Positions 8,601 to 15,623 of a stretch of 64,000 nt of DNA are shown here, piece after piece. The stretch spans positions 1-64,000 of IMG/VR virus record IMGVR_UViG_3300031992_000051. The stretch is one strand, 5' to 3'. This DNA is from a virus (Duplodnaviria > Caudoviricetes). Positions within the stretch are counted from its first letter, which is position 1, and every line of letters starts with the position of its first letter. The notes beneath the pieces are model-generated. The model saw only the letters and a list, made by a program, of their open reading frames with translations, was not told where the DNA came from and ran no database searches. The position numbers and the translations under genes are program-made.

Positions 8601-9282
8601 CCCGAACGAGTCCATACTCCTCACGGAGCACGGCACCCCGATAGGCGAGGTCGTCGTGGCGGACAACGTGTCGCTCCCGCCCGCGCCGACCGAGGCGTCC
8701 GTCTCCGAGAACAGGGAGGCGCTCCTGAGGTCGACGGCGGCCGAGCTGACGGGCGATCCCGACGCCGACAAGGCCGTGGCCGAGCTCTACCCGTCGTACG
8801 CGGACGCCGAGAAGCGCAAGCTCGCCATGCTCTTCTACGTGACCCAGCGCCGCGCCATCAAGGACGTCGCCGGGGAGATCGGCGTCCCGGAGCGCACGGT
8901 CTCCATGTGGGCGTACACCTTCGGGTGGGACAGGCTCCTCAAGCAGGAGCTCGCCGCCCGGCAGGCGCAGAGCGTGATGGAGCTCGCGAAGGTGCGGGCC
9001 GAGAAGCGGACGCAGATCGTCGAGGAGCAGCTGCAACAGGCGCAGACGCTGCGGAACACGGCGATCGACAAGCTCAAGGAGGGCGAGACGAGCGTCAAGT
9101 CCGCGACCGAGGCATGGGCCGCCGCGGCCAAGGTCGAGCACACGCTCGTCGGCGTGTCGGAGGCGGGCACGGTCGCGAACCTCGACGGCGAGGACCCGGA
9201 GAAGAAAAAGACGGAGGGCAAGCAGCCCCTGGTCGCCGTGATAGTCGGCGGGGGCCTTCCGCCGATAAGGAGGCACGAATGA
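8593..9282 (+). CDS. HTH protein, probable terminase small subunit
   Basis: HTH AIKDVAGEIGVPERTVSMW...W, then a helical coiled-coil and a C-terminal beta-strand; GAGGAGG RBS. Confidence 0.55.
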   Translation: MDNPNESILLTEHGTPIGEVVVADNVSLPPAPTEASVSENREALLRSTAAELTGDPDADKAVAELYPSYADAEKRKLAMLFYVTQRRAIKDVAGEIGVPERTVSMWAYTFGWDRLLKQELAARQAQSVMELAKVRAEKRTQIVEEQLQQAQTLRNTAIDKLKEGETSVKSATEAWAAAAKVEHTLVGVSEAGTVANLDGEDPEKKKTEGKQPLVAVIVGGGLPPIRRHE

Positions 9283-9572
9283 GCAACCGGGACCCCCAGC
9301 AGGCCGGGATAACGAAGTACTGGCGTGCCGGCTACGACGACCGGTGCGTCCTCCGGCAGGTCACGAGGCAGACGAAGGAGCGCGTCGACGTCCTCCTGGA
9401 CGGGCTGTGGACCGTGATAAGCACGCGCCGCCGCACGAAGCTCGTGGGGTTCGGCGTGTTCGAGTGGAGGCCCTACCGCCGGCGCCTGCCGACGGGGGCG
9501 ATGATAGAGACGTGGCGGCTCGCGTTCAAGCCGGGCCGCTATCTCGAGAAGTACAACGGAGGTGCGAAGTGA
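9279..9572 (+). CDS. HU/IHF-like DNA-binding protein
   Basis: KLVGFGVF...R...LAFKPGRYL signature; AAGGAGG RBS. Confidence 0.75.
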   Translation: MSNRDPQQAGITKYWRAGYDDRCVLRQVTRQTKERVDVLLDGLWTVISTRRRTKLVGFGVFEWRPYRRRLPTGAMIETWRLAFKPGRYLEKYNGGAK

Positions 9573-9778
9573 AGACAATAGTGGCATGGGCCATCGGAAT
9601 CTGGACGCCGCTCCAGCTTGCGATGCTCGCGGTGAAGATGTGGGTGAGGACGGACTGGCACTGGGCCGTCGTCCTCATCCCGAGCGAAGCGCTGGGCGTG
9701 GCGATCGTCGTGGTCGTCCTGCTCTTCCTGTACGTGATATGGTCGCTGGGACGCGGCCGGGAAGGACTGAACGACTGA
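9569..9778 (+). CDS. Small two-TM membrane protein
   Basis: GTGA overlap; two hydrophobic stretches around WHWAVVLIP. Confidence 0.65.
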   Translation: MKTIVAWAIGIWTPLQLAMLAVKMWVRTDWHWAVVLIPSEALGVAIVVVVLLFLYVIWSLGRGREGLND

Positions 9779-10422
9779 TGGACATCGTGGACGAACTGAT
9801 GACGCCGGGGTGCCCGCAGTGCGCGGTGAAGCACCTGTCGGCCGCCCTGTACCACAGGGCGAAGACCCTTGCGCCGGTGATGCTTGCGCCGGATGAGTAC
9901 ATGGTGTGCGTATGCACCGCCTACATAAACCTCGTCGAGGTGAGGGCGGGCTACCTGTCGCACCTGTGGTACGCCGTGGGCGCGCTCGTCCGCGCCGAGG
10001 AGCACATGGCGCTCGTCATCGGGGGATGCGTCGCCCGGGAGGCGCGGCTCGTCCTCGAGGAGAGAGGGTACGAGGCCGTCGTCGACGCGCTGAAGCTGAT
10101 CGACGAAGGCATCGCGCCGAACCACGCCGACTGGGCGGCCGCGCACTTCGACGAGGCGATGCGCGAGCTCCCGGCGTTCGCGCACGAGATGCGGATGGAC
10201 GACCTGATCGGGTCCATCGAGCGCATACGCGAGGAGTATTTCATAACGGATCAAGAGGTCGCCGTCGCCACCTCCACAGAAGGCGCGGGGGAAGGAGGTG
10301 AAGAGGCGATGGCGACGAAGAAGGCAGCGAAGGCCAAGGTCGACCCGAAGGCCGCGCAGGCGGCGTGCAAGGGCGGCAAGGCCAAGAAGGCCGCGTGCAA
10401 GGGCGGCAAGTGCAAGAAGTAA
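9778..10422 (+). CDS. Hypothetical protein with CxxCxxKH motif and Lys-rich tail
   Basis: TGATG overlap; GCPQCAVKHLSAA; tail KKAAKAK...CKGGK. Confidence 0.7.
   Translation: MDIVDELMTPGCPQCAVKHLSAALYHRAKTLAPVMLAPDEYMVCVCTAYINLVEVRAGYLSHLWYAVGALVRAEEHMALVIGGCVAREARLVLEERGYEAVVDALKLIDEGIAPNHADWAAAHFDEAMRELPAFAHEMRMDDLIGSIERIREEYFITDQEVAVATSTEGAGEGGEEAMATKKAAKAKVDPKAAQAACKGGKAKKAACKGGKCKK
10309..10422 (+). CDS. Possible nested in-frame 37-aa basic peptide
   Basis: Perfect AAGGAGGTGA SD before the internal ATG 10309; product MATKKAAKAKVDPKAAQAACKGGKAKKAACKGGKCKK. Confidence 0.5.
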   Translation: MATKKAAKAKVDPKAAQAACKGGKAKKAACKGGKCKK

Positions 10423-10439
10423 TGCTTCTGCAAACGTGG

Positions 10440-10480
10440 CGTCCGGGCGGGGTTCCTACTCTGCCCGCCCGGACGTCTTC
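10440..10480 (+). terminator. Stem-loop, weak terminator or 3' stabiliser
   Basis: 12-bp perfect stem CGTCCGGGCGGG / CCCGCCCGGACG followed by TCTTC. Confidence 0.5.
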
Positions 10481-10509
10481 ACCAGAGTAGGAAACCAAGG
10501 AGAGTGACA

Positions 10510-10932
10510 ATGAGCAAGAAGAGCTGCAAGTGCAAGCTGATGGTGTTCGGGGAGCCATGCTACCTCGAGCACAAGCTCGACGACGTGGACAGGGCGACCG
10601 TGTCGAGGAAGTCCGCGATGTCGAAGCTGATCGTGTCGACGGTCAAGGGGCTGTCGACGAAGAAGGACAACATGTACGTGTACCGCGTCATGAAGACGAC
10701 GGGCAAGTTCGACGGGAAGCCCCGGACGAGCTATGTCGCCCACGTCGCGATGGGCCTCAACGGCCCCGGCCGGCAGGAGGACTACCTCGCCGCGATGCGG
10801 AGGCTCGTCACGTGCAAGACCGTGAAGATGAGGATCTTCGACGCGTGGATCGACGCGGCGGACGACATCGTGGACGTCCTCGTCGACTGCACCGACGCCG
10901 CGGACATGCTGAAGAAGGAGCCCGCGAAATGA
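10510..10932 (+). CDS. Hypothetical protein
   Basis: AAGGAG RBS; typical codon usage. Confidence 0.7.
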   Translation: MSKKSCKCKLMVFGEPCYLEHKLDDVDRATVSRKSAMSKLIVSTVKGLSTKKDNMYVYRVMKTTGKFDGKPRTSYVAHVAMGLNGPGRQEDYLAAMRRLVTCKTVKMRIFDAWIDAADDIVDVLVDCTDAADMLKKEPAK

Positions 10933-11309
10933 AGATGCAGGAGGTGATAGCGAAGCTGCGCGAGGAGGCACCGCTTCTCGACAAGTGCGCGAAGGACGTC
11001 GACGAGACGTTCCAGAAGGCGTGGGGCCTCTTCGACGACTTCCGCAGGGCGGAGTCCGAGGCGGGCCAGCGCCTCCTCGCGGACGCCGTGTGCTCCGCGC
11101 TCAACGAGTTCGCGGGCAAGTACCGCACGCTCCGGTGCTCGGTCGAGACCGTATGCCTGATGAACGCGGAGTACAGGGAGAAGCTCGGCCCGAGGAAGGC
11201 GACGCCGAAGGACGACCCGAGGCAGCAGGACCTCCCGGGGCTCGAGCCCTCGCCCGCCTCGCAGGCCGCCAGCGCCGGCGCCCGGATCGCCGGAGGGAGG
11301 CACGGATGA
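10929..11309 (+). CDS. Hypothetical helical protein
   Basis: ATGA overlaps; AAGGAG RBS. Confidence 0.65.
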   Translation: MKMQEVIAKLREEAPLLDKCAKDVDETFQKAWGLFDDFRRAESEAGQRLLADAVCSALNEFAGKYRTLRCSVETVCLMNAEYREKLGPRKATPKDDPRQQDLPGLEPSPASQAASAGARIAGGRHG

Positions 11310-11629
11310 CGGCGCAGGAAAAGCATCTATTGGACAACCCCGCCGGGGCGGAGGACGTCGTGAACCGTCCCAGCCACTACGCGCCCAACGGACGCGACTC
11401 CTTCATGCACATGAAGGACCAGATGGGGAAGGAGGCGTTCGACGGGTTCCTCCAGGGGAACGTGATCAAGTACGTCCAGCGCTACCAGTTCAAGGGCAAG
11501 CCGGTCGAGGACCTGGAGAAGGCGATGTTCTACCTCTTCCACCTGTACCTCGACAACGGCGGCGCGCAGGAGCGGATCGTGAAGACCGCGAACCACGCCT
11601 GGGAGCACTTCAAGCCGGAGGAGAAGTGA
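11306..11629 (+). CDS. DUF3310 / T7 gp1.7-like nucleotide kinase family protein
   Basis: DVVNRPSHY...GFLQGNVIKYVQRY..KG..EDLEKAMFYL. Confidence 0.85.
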   Translation: MTAQEKHLLDNPAGAEDVVNRPSHYAPNGRDSFMHMKDQMGKEAFDGFLQGNVIKYVQRYQFKGKPVEDLEKAMFYLFHLYLDNGGAQERIVKTANHAWEHFKPEEK

Positions 11630-12237
11630 TGGTCGACATCGAAGCGATCAAGGAACGGCTGCGCGCCCTGTACGGGCTCGCGTGGTTCACCGACGAGCAG
11701 TTCGACAAGCTCGCCAGGTATCTCGTGTTCGCCGGGGTCGCCATGCCCCTCCTCGAGAACTACAGCGGGTACATGATGTGCTACCTGAACGCACCGGCGT
11801 CGGCGGGCCACCACCTCGCCGTGAGGGGCGGGCTCGCCATCCACTCGATGAACGTGACCGACCGGCTCCTCCAGCTGACGGGCGACCTCAAGATCGCCTG
11901 GTCGGACTCGGGGTCGCCCTACGTCATCGGCATGTGCCACGACCTGTGCAAGATGCAGGCGTACGACTTCAAGGCCGACGGCAGGGAGATCATGAAGCTG
12001 CGCCCGATGTTCCCGGGGCACGGCACGCTCTCGGCGATGCTCGCCCCCGACTTCCTCGGGCACCCGGTCTCGTACGTCGAGCGGGTGTGCATCGTGTACC
12101 ACATGGGCGCGTGGCGCGTAGGCGAGGAGTACGACGTCCGCCATCTCGACGCCGCCGTCTCCGAGTTCCCGCTCGAGGTCATCGCGACGCACACGGCGGA
12201 CATGCTGGCGTCGCAGCACGACGAGGTGGGGAAGTGA
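11626..12237 (+). CDS. HD-domain phosphohydrolase
   Basis: APASAGHH...GGLAIHSMNV...HDLCK...GHG...HMG...HTADM. Confidence 0.85.
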   Translation: MMVDIEAIKERLRALYGLAWFTDEQFDKLARYLVFAGVAMPLLENYSGYMMCYLNAPASAGHHLAVRGGLAIHSMNVTDRLLQLTGDLKIAWSDSGSPYVIGMCHDLCKMQAYDFKADGREIMKLRPMFPGHGTLSAMLAPDFLGHPVSYVERVCIVYHMGAWRVGEEYDVRHLDAAVSEFPLEVIATHTADMLASQHDEVGK

Positions 12238-12455
12238 GCCCCGACGAGGTCATGCTCAAGAACGCGCGCAGCGGCAAGGACATCACGCCCGTCTGGGACG
12301 CGATGACGAGGCCGCTCACGCCGGAGGAGCAGGCGGCGTTCGGCCGCCAGCCCTCCATGTTCCGCCTGCCCGACCCGTGCCCGTTCGTGAAGCTCGGGCC
12401 GGGGCGGCGCGGGCGCGGAGTCGAGATAACGATAGGGATAAAGGGCACGTTCTGA
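12234..12455 (+). CDS. Hypothetical protein
   Basis: GTGA and TGATG overlaps. Confidence 0.5.
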   Translation: MSPDEVMLKNARSGKDITPVWDAMTRPLTPEEQAAFGRQPSMFRLPDPCPFVKLGPGRRGRGVEITIGIKGTF

Positions 12456-12628
12456 TGAACACCTACACGATAGAGTACGAAGAGTGCGGACGGGACTGCC
12501 TCGTCCCGCGCTTCGGAACGGTTTCATACGCCGCGAAGGACGCGCACGACGCCGTGCGCCAGTTCAGCGAAGAGTTCCCCGGAGCGGACATACGCGAGCT
12601 GCGGAGGGACCACGTGCATGGAACATGA
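12455..12628 (+). CDS. Hypothetical protein
   Basis: Coupled to neighbours by overlaps. Confidence 0.5.
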   Translation: MNTYTIEYEECGRDCLVPRFGTVSYAAKDAHDAVRQFSEEFPGADIRELRRDHVHGT

Positions 12629-12957
12629 AGCGAGACGGAGGACGATGTACCATGCCATGCAAGGATGGGGAAGAACCGATGCTGCCGGACGAGCTCGTGC
12701 CCAAGAGGCCGAGGGGTCGCCCGGTACGCGGGATGGAGAACGGCCTCGACCCGGTGCCGGGAGCGAGGAAGGACTCCGCGAAGTGCCGTGAGTGCCCGAA
12801 GTGGGACGGACGGCGGACGTGGTGCCCGATCCGGGCGGCATTGTGCAACGGCTGCTCCCCGGCGTGCAGGTATGGCACTGTCCTCATAAGGGCCAAGAGA
12901 TTGGCAGACAGGAGAAACAGAAGTTCATGTCGATCCTCTACAAGGAATACGGAGTAA
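12625..12957 (+). CDS. AT-hook plus Cys-rich putative DNA-binding protein
   Basis: KRPRGRP; CRECPKW...WC...CNGC..AC; start uncertain (12625 or 12652). Confidence 0.5.
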   Translation: MKRDGGRCTMPCKDGEEPMLPDELVPKRPRGRPVRGMENGLDPVPGARKDSAKCRECPKWDGRRTWCPIRAALCNGCSPACRYGTVLIRAKRLADRRNRSSCRSSTRNTE

Positions 12958-12961
12958 TCTG

Positions 12962-13153
12962 ATGGCCTGGAAGACGAAGATGCACACGCCGGAGTCGGCG
13001 AAGGGGATGTTCGACGGAAGGACGAAGGCGTCCCTCCGCGCCGAGCAGTCGAGGCTGCGGGCCAAGGAGACGAGGACCGCGGCGGAGCAGAAGCGGCTCA
13101 AGAGGGTGAACTTCGCGCTCCGGGCGAAGAACAGCTTCGGGAAGGCGAAGTAG
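12962..13153 (+). CDS. Small basic hypothetical protein
   Basis: GGAG RBS; Lys/Arg-rich 63 aa. Confidence 0.65.
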   Translation: MAWKTKMHTPESAKGMFDGRTKASLRAEQSRLRAKETRTAAEQKRLKRVNFALRAKNSFGKAK

Positions 13154-13429
13154 ATGTTCGTCAGACCGATCAAGAGGTTCGTCCTTCTCCTGGACGACCA
13201 GCCCGAGTACGTGGACGGCGGGGTCGTCGTCCGCAAGGACTTCGGGTGCGACCACATGGACTTCATCGTGGTCGCCGTCGGGGAGAGGGAGGACGCGGAC
13301 TTCGGGACCGGCGACCGGGTGGTCGTCCGCGACCCGAACGTCGGGCGTCGGGTGATGCTCGACGGGACCGTGTACAGGCTTGTGCGCGTGTCCGACATCA
13401 TAGCGATAATGGAGAGTTGTGAACAATGA
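13154..13429 (+). CDS. GroES-like co-chaperonin
   Basis: VRPI..FVLL...GGVV...VVAVG...GDRV...G..V.LDG..Y.LVR.SDIIAI matches the Cpn10 pattern; 91 aa. Confidence 0.75.
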   Translation: MFVRPIKRFVLLLDDQPEYVDGGVVVRKDFGCDHMDFIVVAVGEREDADFGTGDRVVVRDPNVGRRVMLDGTVYRLVRVSDIIAIMESCEQ

Positions 13430-14019
13430 ATGAACAGCCTGTAGACATCGTCGACGAGACGAAGTGGCGGGTGACGCTCGACCTCCGGGAAGGCCCCGGG
13501 GGCGCGGTCGCCGTGTACCCGAAGAAGGACGAGGACCCCAAGGCGGACCTCCTCGCCAGGTCCATCGCTCAGAACGCGGGCGACAAGCTCACAGAGTTCG
13601 GCGTGAAGGACGACGAGAGCCTGAAGGAGCTGCTGACGCGCACCATAAAGGGCGTCGACATCTACCACCTGTACAAGGCCGGCAGGTTCGAGCACTACGA
13701 CACGGTGGACGAGCTGATGGCGGCGCTGTACAAGGAGCCCAAGCCGGAGGAGGACCCGCGTGCGGTCGTCCCGCAGCCGGTCGATGACAACGTGAACCAT
13801 CCCCTCCGCTACACGAAGGGCGAAGTGGAGTGCATCGTCGCCATCGACTCGGCCGTCGTCGGCAAGCCGCCCGACGAGGCGGTGTGCGTGGCCAACATAT
13901 TCAGGTACCTGTGGAGGTACGAGGAGAAGGAGCCGGTGCGCTCGCTCGAGTCGGCCGAGTGGTACTTGAAGCGGCTGCTTGGGAAGGTGAGGGCTAGATT
14001 CGGGTCTCGTCCTTCTTGA
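13426..14019 (+). CDS. Protein with C-terminal divergent DUF3310 domain
   Basis: DNVNHPLRYT.G.VECI.AI...NIFRYLWRY..K...SLESAEWYL. Confidence 0.75.
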   Translation: MNEQPVDIVDETKWRVTLDLREGPGGAVAVYPKKDEDPKADLLARSIAQNAGDKLTEFGVKDDESLKELLTRTIKGVDIYHLYKAGRFEHYDTVDELMAALYKEPKPEEDPRAVVPQPVDDNVNHPLRYTKGEVECIVAIDSAVVGKPPDEAVCVANIFRYLWRYEEKEPVRSLESAEWYLKRLLGKVRARFGSRPS

Positions 14020-15040
14020 CCGGCTTGCCGATACGTCCGGCCTCGGACACCTTCGGACCCATCTCGGCGGCAGTCGTGATGGGTTTGTTTATCGCCCCGA
14101 ACATCCCGTCGCGGGTGTGCGTCCCGCCCTCCAGCCGGTTCTCGGGCTTGGCGGCGTGAAGGCCGTCGGAGATGTTGCCGGCCACTCCGTCCCTCGTGTG
14201 CGTCCCGCCCTCCAGCCGGTTCTCGGGCTTCTCGGCGTGCAGTCCTTCCTCTATCGTCCCCCTCCTGGGCTCGCGCTTCTGCTGGCGGTTCCCGCCCGTG
14301 CCGCCCGAGTCGGAGATGCCGACCGTGGCGCCGATGTGTATCGTGAGGCCGTCGGTCCCGTCCTCCTTCTCCCCCGGGGCCCCTCCGGTCACGCCGCCCG
14401 GGCGGTCGACGCCGTCCTCGCGGTCGCGCCTCTCCTCCGGCGTCTCCCCCGGCCTGGCCTCGTCCGTCCCGGCCTCTTCGCCCTTCTCCGCCTTCTTGAA
14501 GTCCTGGACGTCCTTCGAGTGGTCGACCTCTGTGCCGTCGCCGTTCAGGTCCTCCGGCTCCGCCGGCGTCTCCTTCTTCTCCTCCGTGTCGCCGCCCTTC
14601 TCCGCGGCCTGGACCCGCGTGCCGGAGTTTTCCTCCGGTTCCGGGAGGCCGGACTCGCGGGGCGGGGCCTTCCCGGCGGGCGGGATCGCGGCGACGATGT
14701 CGCGGAGGCGCTTCACGCACCTCTGCTCCCACTCGTTCTGCGGGGCCCCCGACTCCATCACGGCGTCCAGGAACTCCACGGCCTCCTGGAGCTGCTCGTC
14801 GGTCGGGTCCTTCACCGAGGTGTCGAGCGTACAGATGCGCGCGAGGATCGTGCGCCTGAGCTGCACCTCGTCATCGGCGTACGCGGTGTCCGAGAAGAAC
14901 CTGCGCTGCTTCTCGGTCGGCTCCGACACGGGGTCGAAGCCCATGTACTCCATGACGAGGCGGAAGCCCTCGTCGAAGGCCACGCACAGGGCGTCCTTCT
15001 TGTTGCGGAAGGTGGACGGGTTTATGACTATCCTCGCCAT
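13994..15040 (-). CDS. Hypothetical protein (globular N-terminus, disordered repeat-containing C-terminus)
   Basis: Last gene of the minus-strand block; overlaps the convergent + gene by 26 bp. Confidence 0.75.
   Translation of the reverse strand: MARIVINPSTFRNKKDALCVAFDEGFRLVMEYMGFDPVSEPTEKQRRFFSDTAYADDEVQLRRTILARICTLDTSVKDPTDEQLQEAVEFLDAVMESGAPQNEWEQRCVKRLRDIVAAIPPAGKAPPRESGLPEPEENSGTRVQAAEKGGDTEEKKETPAEPEDLNGDGTEVDHSKDVQDFKKAEKGEEAGTDEARPGETPEERRDREDGVDRPGGVTGGAPGEKEDGTDGLTIHIGATVGISDSGGTGGNRQQKREPRRGTIEEGLHAEKPENRLEGGTHTRDGVAGNISDGLHAAKPENRLEGGTHTRDGMFGAINKPITTAAEMGPKVSEAGRIGKPVKKDETRI
14105..14245 (-). repeat. Imperfect tandem repeat, 81-bp period (27 aa), about two copies
   Basis: GLHA.KPENRLEGGTHTRDG occurs twice; GTGTGCGTCCCGCCCTCCAGCCGGTTCTCGGGCTT at 14115 and 14196. 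Confidence 0.85.
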
Positions 15041-15041
15041 G

Positions 15042-15623
15042 TCAGTCGCACTCCATCGTACGCTTCATCGTGAACGTGCCCCACACCGCCGCCGTGTCGA
15101 CGACCGTGCAGGTGCCGAGTATGCGCGTCGGGCTCACGTGGCCGTAGGCGTAGCACCCGCAGCCGAGCTGCCCGGCGACGTAGCCGCGTATGCACTTCGC
15201 GCTCGACCCGCTTCCAGCGAGGGTCACTATGAGCGTGTTGTCCTCGCCGCCCGCGAGCGCGTAGCTCGGCTCCGCCTCGACCGACAGGAACACCGACGGC
15301 TTCTTGAAGACGCCCGTCCTGTTGTTCCCGACCGCGTGCCAGCCCCCGCCATCGACGACGGCCGCGTACTTCACGTACTGGCCGTTCGCCGTCTTGTGGG
15401 ACTTGTTCACCATGTCGAGGAACTCGACGGTCGGCTCGCCGCCGTCCCTGTCGTGCTTCACGACGACGCGCCCCTTTATCTTCTGCCTCCTGTACACGCG
15501 CTTCCCGAGGGACCGCGAGTTGTCCACGATGACCGGGACGTTCAGGCTCATCGTGAGGTTGTAGTGGGTCGTCCTCGCGAGGAGGGCGAGCGGGAGCAGG
15601 CAGAGCAGCATCAGCTTCTTCAT
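15042..15623 (-). CDS. Secreted protein with signal peptide (host-like moron)
   Basis: GGAGG RBS, ATGA overlap, signal peptide MKKLMLLCLLPLALLA, motif GQLGCGCYAYGHVSPTR. Confidence 0.75.
   Translation of the reverse strand: MKKLMLLCLLPLALLARTTHYNLTMSLNVPVIVDNSRSLGKRVYRRQKIKGRVVVKHDRDGGEPTVEFLDMVNKSHKTANGQYVKYAAVVDGGGWHAVGNNRTGVFKKPSVFLSVEAEPSYALAGGEDNTLIVTLAGSGSSAKCIRGYVAGQLGCGCYAYGHVSPTRILGTCTVVDTAAVWGTFTMKRTMECD

Noticed and set aside
11306-12237. dZ (2-aminoadenine) or other base-modification system suggested by HD hydrolase plus PolA
   Set aside because: No PurZ, thymidylate synthase-like, Que/Dpd or glycosyltransferase gene is visible in this window.
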